From: a virus
Lineage: Duplodnaviria > Caudoviricetes
Direction: 5' to 3' (one strand)
DNA: 52,673 bases
Virus record (IMG/VR): IMGVR_UViG_3300036715_001331
Coordinates: 1 to 52,673 of that record
In this document: positions 1-8,090 of the stretch, one piece after another
Layout of the letters: each line of letters begins with the position of its first letter
Position numbering within the stretch: the stretch's first letter is position 1
Program-made: the position numbers and the translations under genes
The notes under the pieces: generated by a model
What the model saw: only the letters and a program-made list of their open reading frames with translations
Database searches by the model: none
Told to the model about the DNA's origin: nothing

Positions 1-127
1 AGCTGGTCCTCCGGCGCCTGCTGACGGACGGCGTCGACCCGCTCAAACTTCGACCCGTTCCGGCGGTACAGCTTTTCTCCCTGGCGAATCCGGATCACGT
101 CGTACTCGTCCTCGGGACCGATGACCA
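1..127. repeat. Exact terminal direct repeat (copy 1), most likely assembly overlap of a circular contig
   Basis: 1-127 is identical to 52547-52673; 127 is a common assembler k-mer size; an ORF reads through the join. Confidence 0.95.
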
Positions 128-133
128 GGGTGA

Positions 134-2320
134 TCACGCGAGGCGCTCCACTTCGATCAGCGGGTCCAGAGCCTTCATGCGGTCGATTGTCACCTGGACG
201 TACCGCGGGTCGAGGTCCATGGCTGCGCACCGGCGGTCCAGCTGGTGGCAGGCGACCATGGTGGACCCGGACCCGATGAAGGCGTCGCCGACGAGCTCGC
301 CGGCCCGGCTGCTGTTCATGATCAGGTCGGCCAGGAGGATCACCGGCTTCATGGTGGGGTGGAGGTCGTTCTTGGCGGGTTTGTTCTGGCGCAGGACGGT
401 GGTCCGCGCCGGCCCCTCGGTCAGGGCCTCGATCATGCTGACCAGTTCGCTCTTGCTCATCTTCTGCAAGTCGGCCCTATCTTCGATCACCGTGCTGTTG
501 GTCCGGTCGGTGGTGAAGTAGTGGCCTCCGCCCGGCTTCCAACCGTAGAGGCAATTGTGCGTGATCAGGCCATCGGCGACGTAGTGTCCGTCCTCTTCCA
601 CGTCGAGCGAGTAGACCTGGCAATGGGCCGATTCTTTTCCTGTTTGAGTAATTGTCTTCCACTCGAATCCCTGGCCTTCGGTCGGGACAGGCAGCTGCAT
701 GATCCCTGGAATAAGGTTGACGGCCTTGATGGTTCGGGATGCCTCCCGGCTGAACATCCCGGTTTCCCCTCGTACCAGGATTGGGTTTGCCTCGTCCAGT
801 CTGAAATATCGCAGGATCTCGCTGGCCCCTTGCTTCACGCGGTCCATGCCGATTATCTGGTAGATCTCTTCCACCCCATCGAAGGTCCGCAATTTCTCCG
901 GTGCATTGCTGTACGGATCAATTCTCCACTGAGTCTGCGGAATGCTGAACCGACACGAAAGAGCTTGCTCGAGAACTCGGGCGTGTACCTTATCCCGGGA
1001 GACGGCCAGAATCCAGGCGACGTCTCCGTCCTCATCGGCCAGCCTGCTGGCAAGTCCGAATCCCCGGGTGTTGAATAGTCGGACTTGACCGATCCGCCAT
1101 CGTTCACTTTTCCGCATCAGGTAGATGATCTGACTGTCGGCTGCTCCCTCGTCTAGCTTGATCGTGAAGCGGTGGTCAGCGGTGGCCCTGGTCGTTTTTC
1201 CGTCACAGGTCACGTCCACCATGAGGCCGTCGTATTCTCGGGACGCTATTTTTATCGGTCGTCCCCTCTGGTGAACTATCGCTTGGGTCGAATTGTAGCT
1301 GACCACCACGTCTCCGTCTTTCAGGGTCTCGATTGGCACGTCCTGGGTTTGGGAGAAAGCCCATTGTCTGCCTTTTTCGGTGGCCCTCGGTTCGATCACC
1401 TTTCTGACCAGCGTTCCGGCAGGTTGGCATGGTTCATGCTTCCATTGGTAGTCCCGACGGCCGAGGACGAGGCTGTTCTTGACCCAGATCAGGCACTGCT
1501 TCAGGAGCAGGCCGGATTCCTCGAAGGTGGCCCGGAAGTTGACGCCCTCGCTGTCTGCGTGCCAGACGTACCAAGCTTCGCCTGGTTTGGTGACCTCGAT
1601 CCAGGTGGTGTAGAACTTCTTGAGGAACTCGCGGAAGGCGACATCCCCCATCCGGTCATTCATGATCTTGAGGTGGTCCCTGGTCCCGCCCTCGTAGTCC
1701 ACGTTATACGGGGGGTCGGTGACAACCAGATCGACGGCGGCGCCGTCCAGCAACAGGTCGACGTGGTCGCGGTTGGTGCTGTCCCCGCACATCAGGCGGT
1801 GCGGTCCGACCTGGAACAGCTGGCCTGCCTGGATTTCCGTCTTGACCTCGGTCAGGGGCTTGGGCTCGTACCCGTCCTCGGTGACGTCGGAGATCTTCGG
1901 CGCGAAGTCGAGGAACTTGGCGCCTGGCAGGGCGAGGTCCCCGAACTCGACGTCGAGATCGCCGATGAACTCGAGGACGCTTTCCTCGGTCATGGTGCCG
2001 TACTGGCTGTTGAGGCGCAGGAGCTTGTTTTTGGCTTCTGCTTCGTCTTTGGCTTCGACCCAGGCGACCGGGAACTCTGGCAGGTCTTCCCCTCGTTTCC
2101 TGGCGACCTTGAGGGCCTGGAGCCGGCCGTGTCCGTCCAGACACCGGTTGCGGTCCCCGTCCCTCCAGATGAAGAACGGGAAACTGAAGCCGAATTTCTC
2201 GATGCTGCGGAGGATCTTGTCGGCCTCGTCGGCCGTCCGGATTTTGAGCGTGCCCTGGAAGTCTTCGATCATCTCGATCGGGAGCGTCGCGGCCCCCTCA
2301 CATTCGATTCGGATCGTCAT
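134..2320 (-). CDS. ParB-like N-terminal domain fused to beta-class N6/N4 DNA methyltransferase, intein-containing
   Basis: LDGHGRL ParB/Srx motif; VTDPPY (motif IV); HPTMKP and DAFIGSGST (motif I); start MTIRIE at 2320 overlaps the upstream TGA. Confidence 0.9.
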   Translation of the reverse strand: MTIRIECEGAATLPIEMIEDFQGTLKIRTADEADKILRSIEKFGFSFPFFIWRDGDRNRCLDGHGRLQALKVARKRGEDLPEFPVAWVEAKDEAEAKNKLLRLNSQYGTMTEESVLEFIGDLDVEFGDLALPGAKFLDFAPKISDVTEDGYEPKPLTEVKTEIQAGQLFQVGPHRLMCGDSTNRDHVDLLLDGAAVDLVVTDPPYNVDYEGGTRDHLKIMNDRMGDVAFREFLKKFYTTWIEVTKPGEAWYVWHADSEGVNFRATFEESGLLLKQCLIWVKNSLVLGRRDYQWKHEPCQPAGTLVRKVIEPRATEKGRQWAFSQTQDVPIETLKDGDVVVSYNSTQAIVHQRGRPIKIASREYDGLMVDVTCDGKTTRATADHRFTIKLDEGAADSQIIYLMRKSERWRIGQVRLFNTRGFGLASRLADEDGDVAWILAVSRDKVHARVLEQALSCRFSIPQTQWRIDPYSNAPEKLRTFDGVEEIYQIIGMDRVKQGASEILRYFRLDEANPILVRGETGMFSREASRTIKAVNLIPGIMQLPVPTEGQGFEWKTITQTGKESAHCQVYSLDVEEDGHYVADGLITHNCLYGWKPGGGHYFTTDRTNSTVIEDRADLQKMSKSELVSMIEALTEGPARTTVLRQNKPAKNDLHPTMKPVILLADLIMNSSRAGELVGDAFIGSGSTMVACHQLDRRCAAMDLDPRYVQVTIDRMKALDPLIEVERLA
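554..1429 (-). mobile_element. Intein (292 aa) in the methyltransferase
   Basis: KHEP|CQPAGT N-junction, TADHRF block B, VYSLDVEEDGHYVADGLITHN|C C-junction; removal restores YQWKHEPCLYGWK; DNA is visibly more AT-rich than its flanks. Confidence 0.93.
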
Positions 2321-2586
2321 TTGGACGTTTCCTCGCTGGGGACGATCCATATGCTGTCGTTCTGTTTCACGGCAACGATGCCCATTTCCCCGTCCGGCTT
2401 GGCGTACCGCGTGTACGTTCCGCCTTTTTCCTGGAGAACAATGAGGCGGGAAATGTCGGTTTTCTCAAGACGAATCGGCATCCAGATGTGGGCCGGCTGG
2501 GGAAGAAGCAGGCGGTCTGTGACCACCCCAAACAAGACGGCCCCGGCGAGGGCTAGAACAAATCCCGAGACAACGGCTGCTTTCAT
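2317..2586 (-). CDS. Small membrane-anchored hypothetical protein
   Basis: MKAAVVSGFVLALAGAVLFGVV hydrophobic N-terminus; ATGA-coupled at both ends. Confidence 0.7.
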   Translation of the reverse strand: MKAAVVSGFVLALAGAVLFGVVTDRLLLPQPAHIWMPIRLEKTDISRLIVLQEKGGTYTRYAKPDGEMGIVAVKQNDSIWIVPSEETSK

Positions 2587-3068
2587 TGTTTTCCCTTGTA
2601 TCCTTTGCTGGCGAGCCATGCGGAGAAACCGCTGGTGCTCCCGTCCGGCTCGACATCGACGTTCTGGCGGTTGACCGTCTCGGCGACGGCATCCCCCTTG
2701 CGGTAGCCTGGGTCGAGCTCCTGGTCGAGCCACCCCAGGTTGTCTTTGACGTAGGTGATGGCGCCCAGGCCCACCAGCAGGTCGTCCAGCTGCACGGGGT
2801 CGGTTGCGTGGAAGAGGGCGGCTCCCCACCGCTCGAGCCATTCGATCCGCTGGGCCTCGAATTGCTCCGCAATCATCTTGAGGTCCGGCAGGGGCTTCCG
2901 GCCGGGCTTCCTTTCCTCGAACAGCAGCGGGTCGATCCGGCGGATGTCGTCGGGCGTGAGGTCGGTCGGCTTCCTGGGGGCTCCCCGTTTGATCCCGGCC
3001 CGGACGACGGCCCGGTATGCCTGGGTGTAGGTCACCATTCTGGCTTTGGCGTACATTTCGATGGTCAT
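2583..3068 (-). CDS. Hypothetical protein, possible N-terminal DNA-binding helix
   Basis: Start MTIEMYAK after GAGGAAACT; ATGA overlaps; basic N-terminus with PGRKP. Confidence 0.65.
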   Translation of the reverse strand: MTIEMYAKARMVTYTQAYRAVVRAGIKRGAPRKPTDLTPDDIRRIDPLLFEERKPGRKPLPDLKMIAEQFEAQRIEWLERWGAALFHATDPVQLDDLLVGLGAITYVKDNLGWLDQELDPGYRKGDAVAETVNRQNVDVEPDGSTSGFSAWLASKGYKGKQ

Positions 3069-3634
3069 AGTTTCCTCGGGTCGATTTTGAACTTTTCCAG
3101 CTGGTACCGGATGTTTGCGGCCCCGACCCCTGGGGCGTTTTTCTCTCCTGAAATCTTGACGCACTGGTAGAGCAGAAAGGCATCCGCCTCGTCCGTCGTC
3201 TTGAACCTGGCCCCGAACTTCTTGGTCACCTCGTTCAGGTAGTCGCTTTCGTAGTCGGCTCGGCCCTTCTTCATGCTGATGCCGGTAACCATCTTCCAGG
3301 TGCCGATCGGTACCTCGATGATCGGCACCTTTCTGGCGTTGAAGAGCCCACGGAGAAGTCCGCCGACCTCGGCCAGCCCGGTGAGCGAGCTTGACCCGCC
3401 CCGGACCTGCCCGGACCGGTCGACGAACTTCTCGCGGGCCATGAAGGCGTACTGCTCGATGATCATCAGGTCCCACCCCTCGGCGCTGATGCGGGCGAAC
3501 TTGAGGCAGAACCGGCCGAGCACGTCGATCCGGTTCTCCTCCTTGCGTTGGATGGCCTCGCTGAACCAGACCCCGTCTTCACAGGTGAAAATCCCGAGGC
3601 TTCGGAGGCTGGGGTCCAGCGAGATCGCTTTCAC
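3065..3634 (-). CDS. RuvC-like Holliday junction resolvase
   Basis: ISLDPSLRSLG, IIEQY, EVPIGTWKMVTG and TDEADA match the RNase H-fold RuvC acidic motifs. Confidence 0.85.
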   Translation of the reverse strand: MKAISLDPSLRSLGIFTCEDGVWFSEAIQRKEENRIDVLGRFCLKFARISAEGWDLMIIEQYAFMAREKFVDRSGQVRGGSSSLTGLAEVGGLLRGLFNARKVPIIEVPIGTWKMVTGISMKKGRADYESDYLNEVTKKFGARFKTTDEADAFLLYQCVKISGEKNAPGVGAANIRYQLEKFKIDPRKL

Positions 3635-4086
3635 TCCGGGTCGCTCCCAGGCGTGGGGGGTCCGTCGCCACCGCCGGCGTCGCCCAGGCCGTCGAGCTCC
3701 GCCTGGCCGTGGTCGTCATCCTCGCTGTCCTCCTCGGCCGTGGTGACGTCGCCCTTGACCGACGAAAACTCGACCTTGAGGTTGACCTCTTTCGTCACGT
3801 TGGCGAGGAAGAAGCTTCCGGTCTTCGGCTCATTCGGCATGAAGAAGTCCAGCTTGACGCCACCGTTGCGCAGGCTGGTGAGCTTCAGGAGCTCGCCCTG
3901 GCTGCTGGCTTTCCGGCCATCGTGTTCGACCGTGACCCTGCAGATCTTGTTCACGTTCTTGAGCAGGACCGAGGCCTTTTCGTCGTTGGCCACCCGGACC
4001 GGGATCCCGATGCCACCGTCTCGGTAGGTTTTCAGGTCCCCCAATTTCCCGCCACCTTCGTAGGTGCCGGCGTTGAAGTCGATCAT
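3631..4086 (-). CDS. Hypothetical protein with internal duplication and acidic tail
   Basis: Strong RBS GGAGGGAAGAG; phage-like codon bias. Confidence 0.7.
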   Translation of the reverse strand: MIDFNAGTYEGGGKLGDLKTYRDGGIGIPVRVANDEKASVLLKNVNKICRVTVEHDGRKASSQGELLKLTSLRNGGVKLDFFMPNEPKTGSFFLANVTKEVNLKVEFSSVKGDVTTAEEDSEDDDHGQAELDGLGDAGGGDGPPTPGSDPE

Positions 4087-4114
4087 TCTCTCTTCCCTCC
4101 TTTGGGATGATTTC

Positions 4115-5359
4115 TCAAAAGCTAGACCTTTGTTTTCGCTCCGTCAAGAGCGCCATGAGGATGGTCCAGGCCAGGACCACCACCTGGGGAACCTGCCCGT
4201 TTCCAATGGCCTTGAGCCGGTCGACCCGGGCCGGGCGCCCGCGGGCCACCCGGGGGATGTCGGCCTCCCAGCTGCCGTCCGCCCATGGCTGGCGACCGTA
4301 CCGGCCCTTCTCCCAGATCCAGGCCTGGAAGTCCTCGAGGCTCACCGGCTGAAGGCTGGACCAGCCCATGGGCCACCCCATCAGGAGCTCGACCCAGTCG
4401 GCGTTCAGCTGGCCCCCGATGGCGTTGGGCAGTTGCTCGCCCTTCTTTCCTCCGCCCCGGGCTTCGTAGCTTTCGGCGTTCGGGCTTCGATAGTCCCGCG
4501 CTGCCGGCGTTAGGAAGGCCTCGCGCTCGGCCGTTGCCACCGCGGTCTCGAGAGTGGCTCCGAACCGGACCCCGGAGGCGCTGGTTCTTGTTTTCCCGTC
4601 CGCCGAGACGTCGCCGGCAATTTGTCCGGTGTGGGCGCCCCGGGGCGTGGCGCTTGGTGTGGGCCAAGTCTGGGTGAAGGAGTGCAGGGTATCCGGAACT
4701 CCTCGGTGTGCCCCCGTGCTCTGTGAATCCTCGGCTCGAGGGGTGGGAAACCTCTGGGCTACAACGCTGAGGCTCGGGCTCCCGTTGGGGTATCCCTTCA
4801 CCATTTCGGCGTCAGCCCTGATCGGTGTGGGCCAGAATCCAGATCCGGTCCCGCTGGTGGGGAGCACCGGCGTCGGCCGCGGCCAGAACACCCCATTCCG
4901 CACCGTACCCCATCTTGGCCAGGTCTCCGAGTACGGTTCCAAGTCCCCGAGAAGTGAGCATTGGCGAGTTTTCCACGAACGCGAATCGGGGTCGTACTTC
5001 GCCAATGATGCGGGCCATTTCTTTCCAGAGCCCGCTTCGCTCTCCCTCGAGGCCGTCTCCGTTTCCGGCGGCGCTGATGTCCTGGCAAGGTCAAGGGAAC
5101 CCGCCACAAATGACGAGTTCCCGATTAACCTCCCTTGCCCTGTCGAAGAAGGGTCTTGTTTCTGGATTGTCGGCTCGGAACGTCTTAACGTCGTCCCAAA
5201 TGGGAAAAACCGGTAGAACTCCGTCAAGCTGTCTTTGGAGCAGAACTCTTCGGGGATAGCTTTCGATTTCAACGGCGCAGATCGGGACGTGTCCCAAAAG
5301 GGCGTCGGCGACAATCCCCCCCCTGCTCCTGCAAATAAGTGGATGGAATACAAACCCAT
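4115..5359 (-). CDS. C5-cytosine methyltransferase locus, open frame carrying motif I, PTP repeats and motifs IX/X
   Basis: HLFAGAGG motif I; repeated [WF]PTP units; GQLNADWVELLMGWP (IX); RLKAIGNGQVP (X); catalytic motifs IV-VIII are in an overlapping frame. Confidence 0.75.
   Translation of the reverse strand: MGLYSIHLFAGAGGGLSPTPFWDTSRSAPLKSKAIPEEFCSKDSLTEFYRFFPFGTTLRRSEPTIQKQDPSSTGQGRLIGNSSFVAGSLDLARTSAPPETETASRESEAGSGKKWPASLAKYDPDSRSWKTRQCSLLGDLEPYSETWPRWGTVRNGVFWPRPTPVLPTSGTGSGFWPTPIRADAEMVKGYPNGSPSLSVVAQRFPTPRAEDSQSTGAHRGVPDTLHSFTQTWPTPSATPRGAHTGQIAGDVSADGKTRTSASGVRFGATLETAVATAEREAFLTPAARDYRSPNAESYEARGGGKKGEQLPNAIGGQLNADWVELLMGWPMGWSSLQPVSLEDFQAWIWEKGRYGRQPWADGSWEADIPRVARGRPARVDRLKAIGNGQVPQVVVLAWTILMALLTERKQRSSF
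4812..5359 (-). pseudogene. C5 methyltransferase catalytic frame, interrupted by a G8 frameshift and an in-frame TGA
   Basis: Adding one G at 5316-5323 gives GAGGGIVADALLGHVPICAVE; then GGFP*PCQDISAAG, VENS (VI) and HQRDRIWI (VIII); frame ends at 4812. Confidence 0.8.
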
Positions 5360-5363
5360 GCCA

Positions 5364-6113
5364 TCAGGCCCTCCTTGATGCCCAGTTCAGTTCCAGTATG
5401 GCGCCACCGCCCTCCCGCAGTCTGTCGGTGATCGCGTCGCCAAGAAAGGCCCGGAACCCGTCGATGTCCATGTTCGTGACCAGAAGCGTCGGCTTCCTGC
5501 GGTTGTACCGTTCGTTCATCAGGTCGAAAAGGTACAGGCGTTCGACTTCGGTTTCAAACTGCCGGCCGAGCTCGTCGATCACCAGCACCCCGACCGAGGC
5601 GTACCGGTCCCGGATCACGCTCTCCGGCTCGGGGCTGTCTTTCCGGTAGCTCTCTTTGATCCTGCCGGTGTAGTCCTTGGCGGTGGTGTACATCCCGTCC
5701 AGCATGGCCTGGTGGCGGTCGTTCAGGATCCCGCAGGCGATCCAGGTTTTGCCTGTGCCTGCGCTTCCTTGGAGCGACATGGACGGGCAGCCGAGTTTTC
5801 CGAGCATTTCGACCCAGACCAGCATTCGGTCCCTGACGTGGGTTTCCTTGGGGCCTTCGGGTTTCCAGCCGGCCAGGGTGGCGGTAGAGAACCGCTCGGG
5901 GATCCCGCTCGAGTCCCGAAGGGCCTTGATGCCGGCGTCCCTCTGTTCCCTGGCCTTTCGCACTTCTTCCTGTTCGAAGAGGTCAGGCCCCTGCCCCTTC
6001 ATCTCCTCGAGGCGCTGGTCGATCATCTCAAGCGTTCTCCCGAGACACCCCGAAACCTCGACCCAGTCCTCGACCCACTTTCCGTCCCGGATGAACCTTC
6101 TCCACACCTTCAT
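5364..6113 (-). CDS. DnaC/IstB-like AAA+ helicase loader
   Basis: GIPERF, Walker A GSAGTGKT, Walker B VLVIDELG, TLLVTN, ITDRL; directly follows the initiator gene. Confidence 0.92.
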   Translation of the reverse strand: MKVWRRFIRDGKWVEDWVEVSGCLGRTLEMIDQRLEEMKGQGPDLFEQEEVRKAREQRDAGIKALRDSSGIPERFSTATLAGWKPEGPKETHVRDRMLVWVEMLGKLGCPSMSLQGSAGTGKTWIACGILNDRHQAMLDGMYTTAKDYTGRIKESYRKDSPEPESVIRDRYASVGVLVIDELGRQFETEVERLYLFDLMNERYNRRKPTLLVTNMDIDGFRAFLGDAITDRLREGGGAILELNWASRRA

Positions 6114-6880
6114 AGCTTGTGCTCCTGTACCGAGGGTTTGCTCGGGTCGAACCTGACGGCCCCGAACCTGTTTTCTCCGGCCTTGGTTATCCGGGTTGGA
6201 GTGCTAGCTTCGTTGAGGTACTTGTCAAACTTGCCTGGTCTGAAGAGCGTTTCGGGCGTGAGGTACTTTTCCCACTCCGTACCCTTCCAGGCCTTGATCC
6301 TGCTGTCGATGACAGCCTTGAAATCATCCAGAGAGTACCCCTCGCGGATGCGCTCTAGCAGCCCGGTTCCCTTCCAGGTTCTGAAGCGCTTTCCAGCCTT
6401 TTCGTTGAGGTATGAAAGAATGCTTTCTGGGGTGATTTCGGCATTACTCTTAAGTGGGGTTTTAGAGTGGGGTTTTTGTTTAACTGTAGGATGTGACGTG
6501 GCGGTCACTTCCGGGGTGACGGCGCCGTCACTTCCGAAAAGGTTTTGATGTGACAGCGCCGTCACTTCCGGAAGTGACGTGGCGGTCACTTCCGGATTGT
6601 CGTTTTCTTCCCACAGAACCCGGTAGATGTTGGTTCGGTTTTGGCCGCGTTGCTGTCGCTCGAGCCACTTCATTTCGATCAGGTGAACCACGGCCCTGCT
6701 GACGGTTTCGGGCGCCAGGCCGGCGTGTTTGGCGATCTCATCCCTGGACGGGTAGGCTTCGTCATTGTGGCCTTGGAACATCGCCAGAACCGTGTAGACC
6801 CGGAGGTCCGCAAAGGTCAGGTCTGGCTCCTGAAGGAGGAGAATCGGGACCACCCCGTGGCGGGGAATTTTGACCCTCAT
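6110..6880 (-). CDS. Phage replication initiator (N-terminal winged HTH, conserved phage C-terminal domain)
   Basis: AYPSRDEIAKHAGLAPETVSRAV HTH; YLNEKAGKRF and YLTPETLFRPGKFDKYLNE C-terminal motifs; internal iterons. Confidence 0.88.
   Translation of the reverse strand: MRVKIPRHGVVPILLLQEPDLTFADLRVYTVLAMFQGHNDEAYPSRDEIAKHAGLAPETVSRAVVHLIEMKWLERQQRGQNRTNIYRVLWEENDNPEVTATSLPEVTALSHQNLFGSDGAVTPEVTATSHPTVKQKPHSKTPLKSNAEITPESILSYLNEKAGKRFRTWKGTGLLERIREGYSLDDFKAVIDSRIKAWKGTEWEKYLTPETLFRPGKFDKYLNEASTPTRITKAGENRFGAVRFDPSKPSVQEHKL
6441..6595. promoter_or_regulatory. Putative replication origin: four palindromic iterons and an adjacent AT-richer tract
   Basis: GTGAC-N6-GTCAC-TTCCG at 6493, 6516, 6550 and 6574, inside the initiator gene as in lambda O. 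Confidence 0.85.
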
Positions 6881-7431
6881 GCCCGTTGGTCTCCGAATCC
6901 AAGATGGTAGTTTTCGCGCTCGACGGCCTGGTCGGATTGGGCTTTGGTAAGTACCCGGCTGGTGGCTCCCGCTCCTGCCCTGATCACCTTGGCCTTGAGG
7001 CCGTCAGTGATTTCGAGCAGTCCCTTGAGCACGATGTCTCGCTCGTGTGGGGTTGGCTCTGGCAGGAGGGCGAGTGCTTTGTTCTCGAAGAGGGCCAGTC
7101 CAAGGGCCTGGGCCACCTGCTGCCGGTCGATGGCTTTCTTCTCCCAAAGGATGCGGATTTCCCGCAGTTGGGCTCCGTTGGGAAGTCTGCGGACCTCGCT
7201 GTTTGGCAAAGGTCTAGCTTTGTCATTTGGCGAGGTCCGGAAGGCCAGGGCGATGGCGTCGGCCACCGGCTGGGGCACCTTCCCGTACACGTAGCTGGCC
7301 AGGTGTTCAACCTCGGCCCTGGTGAATATTTTCCGGATGCCGTTTTGCATTGGGATCCCGGCGTCTTGTGCGTGCCGGCGGATGGTGCTTTCTCCCTTTC
7401 CAAAGAAGCCGGCCAAGTCAGAAACGGTCAT
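6877..7431 (-). CDS. HTH DNA-binding protein (antirepressor/regulator-like)
   Basis: MTVSDLAGFFGKGESTIRRHA HTH; RBS AGGAGGAAACC; preceded by a structured leader. Confidence 0.65.
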   Translation of the reverse strand: MTVSDLAGFFGKGESTIRRHAQDAGIPMQNGIRKIFTRAEVEHLASYVYGKVPQPVADAIALAFRTSPNDKARPLPNSEVRRLPNGAQLREIRILWEKKAIDRQQVAQALGLALFENKALALLPEPTPHERDIVLKGLLEITDGLKAKVIRAGAGATSRVLTKAQSDQAVERENYHLGFGDQRA

Positions 7432-7444
7432 GGTTTCCTCCTGG

Positions 7445-7521
7445 AAATAAAAAAGGGCTTCGACCTGCCCACCCGCACGCTCGTGAAAGCGTGTCACCCC
7501 GGATGAACAGATCGAAGCCCT
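7445..7521 (-). ncRNA. Structured RNA / attenuator upstream of the HTH and replication genes
   Basis: 21-bp stem 7454-7474 with 7501-7521; four non-Watson-Crick positions are all G-U on the minus strand; internal hairpin; U-rich tract follows. Confidence 0.65.
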
Positions 7522-7581
7522 GAACCGATGTTCGTACCTTCCAACCTTCGGGGGGTGAATCCCGGCGGTCGGTTGATGGTC

Positions 7582-7725
7582 TCAAGATACCGGAGCTCCC
7601 TGGACCAAGTCAACACCCGGAGGGAGGTGGTGCTGGTGGGCCGACCATGCTATCCATGCGGCCGTGAGGACACAGACCGCGCAGAGAATCAGGATCTTGA
7701 TGCCGTGCTTTGTTCCTGGGATCAT
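7582..7725 (-). CDS. Small single-TM protein (47 aa)
   Basis: IKILILCAVCVLTAAWIAW; ATGA-coupled to the upstream gene. Confidence 0.55.
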   Translation of the reverse strand: MIPGTKHGIKILILCAVCVLTAAWIAWSAHQHHLPPGVDLVQGAPVS

Positions 7726-8090
7726 GGCGCCTTTCCTGTCCCGTGCTGCTCGGCGAGCTCCCGGTAGAAGTCTTCCATGCGCAGGTCGAAGCCCTGGGCC
7801 AGCTGGTCGTGGATCCGGTGTGCCAGGGTGTGGGCCGACATCGGTTGCATCCCAAGGTTCATGGCGCTGTTGCAGGGCTCGACCTGGCAGACCGGCGCAA
7901 GGTTGTAGGGATGGTTGATGACGTCCAAGCCCCAGCGGACGATGTTCCCTTTGGTCTTGGCGATGCGGTGGGCCAGCTGCGGTGTGCCGTGCTCCCGAAG
8001 GTATCCTCTGCAGTGGAGGCACTTCCAGTCGGCGGCCTCGAAGAGCTCTTGTCGGCGCTCGTTCGCGTCGTGCTTCTGGCGGGCGTTCAT
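7722..8090 (-). CDS. HNH-like zinc-binding endonuclease
   Basis: CLHC...QLAHRI...HPYNLAPVC..PCN. Confidence 0.65.
   Translation of the reverse strand: MNARQKHDANERRQELFEAADWKCLHCRGYLREHGTPQLAHRIAKTKGNIVRWGLDVINHPYNLAPVCQVEPCNSAMNLGMQPMSAHTLAHRIHDQLAQGFDLRMEDFYRELAEQHGTGKAP

Noticed and set aside
1-127. Biological terminal repeat or att site
   Set aside because: Length matches a typical assembly k-mer, and the repeat lies inside an ORF that reads through the join
134-2320. ParABS plasmid partition system
   Set aside because: The ParB-like domain is fused to a methyltransferase, a common phage arrangement; no ParA or parS array was found
3065-3634. TnpB/Cas12-like nuclease
   Set aside because: Only 189 aa with a compact RuvC resolvase layout; no zinc ribbon or guide region
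4122-4667. Separate gene in the methyltransferase catalytic frame
   Set aside because: R/G/P-rich low-information translation overlapping the frame that carries motifs IX and X
5091-5093. TGA as selenocysteine at the methyltransferase active site, or a recoded genetic code
   Set aside because: The catalytic PC follows intact, the TGA is explained by a CCTTG duplication, and TGA is the normal stop throughout the genome
6493-6595. Mini CRISPR array
   Set aside because: Repeats are nearly adjacent with no unique spacers of CRISPR length, lie in a coding region, and no cas genes are present; they fit iterons
7445-7560. tRNA gene
   Set aside because: No cloverleaf with D and T arms of correct length; the structure is one long stem with an internal hairpin
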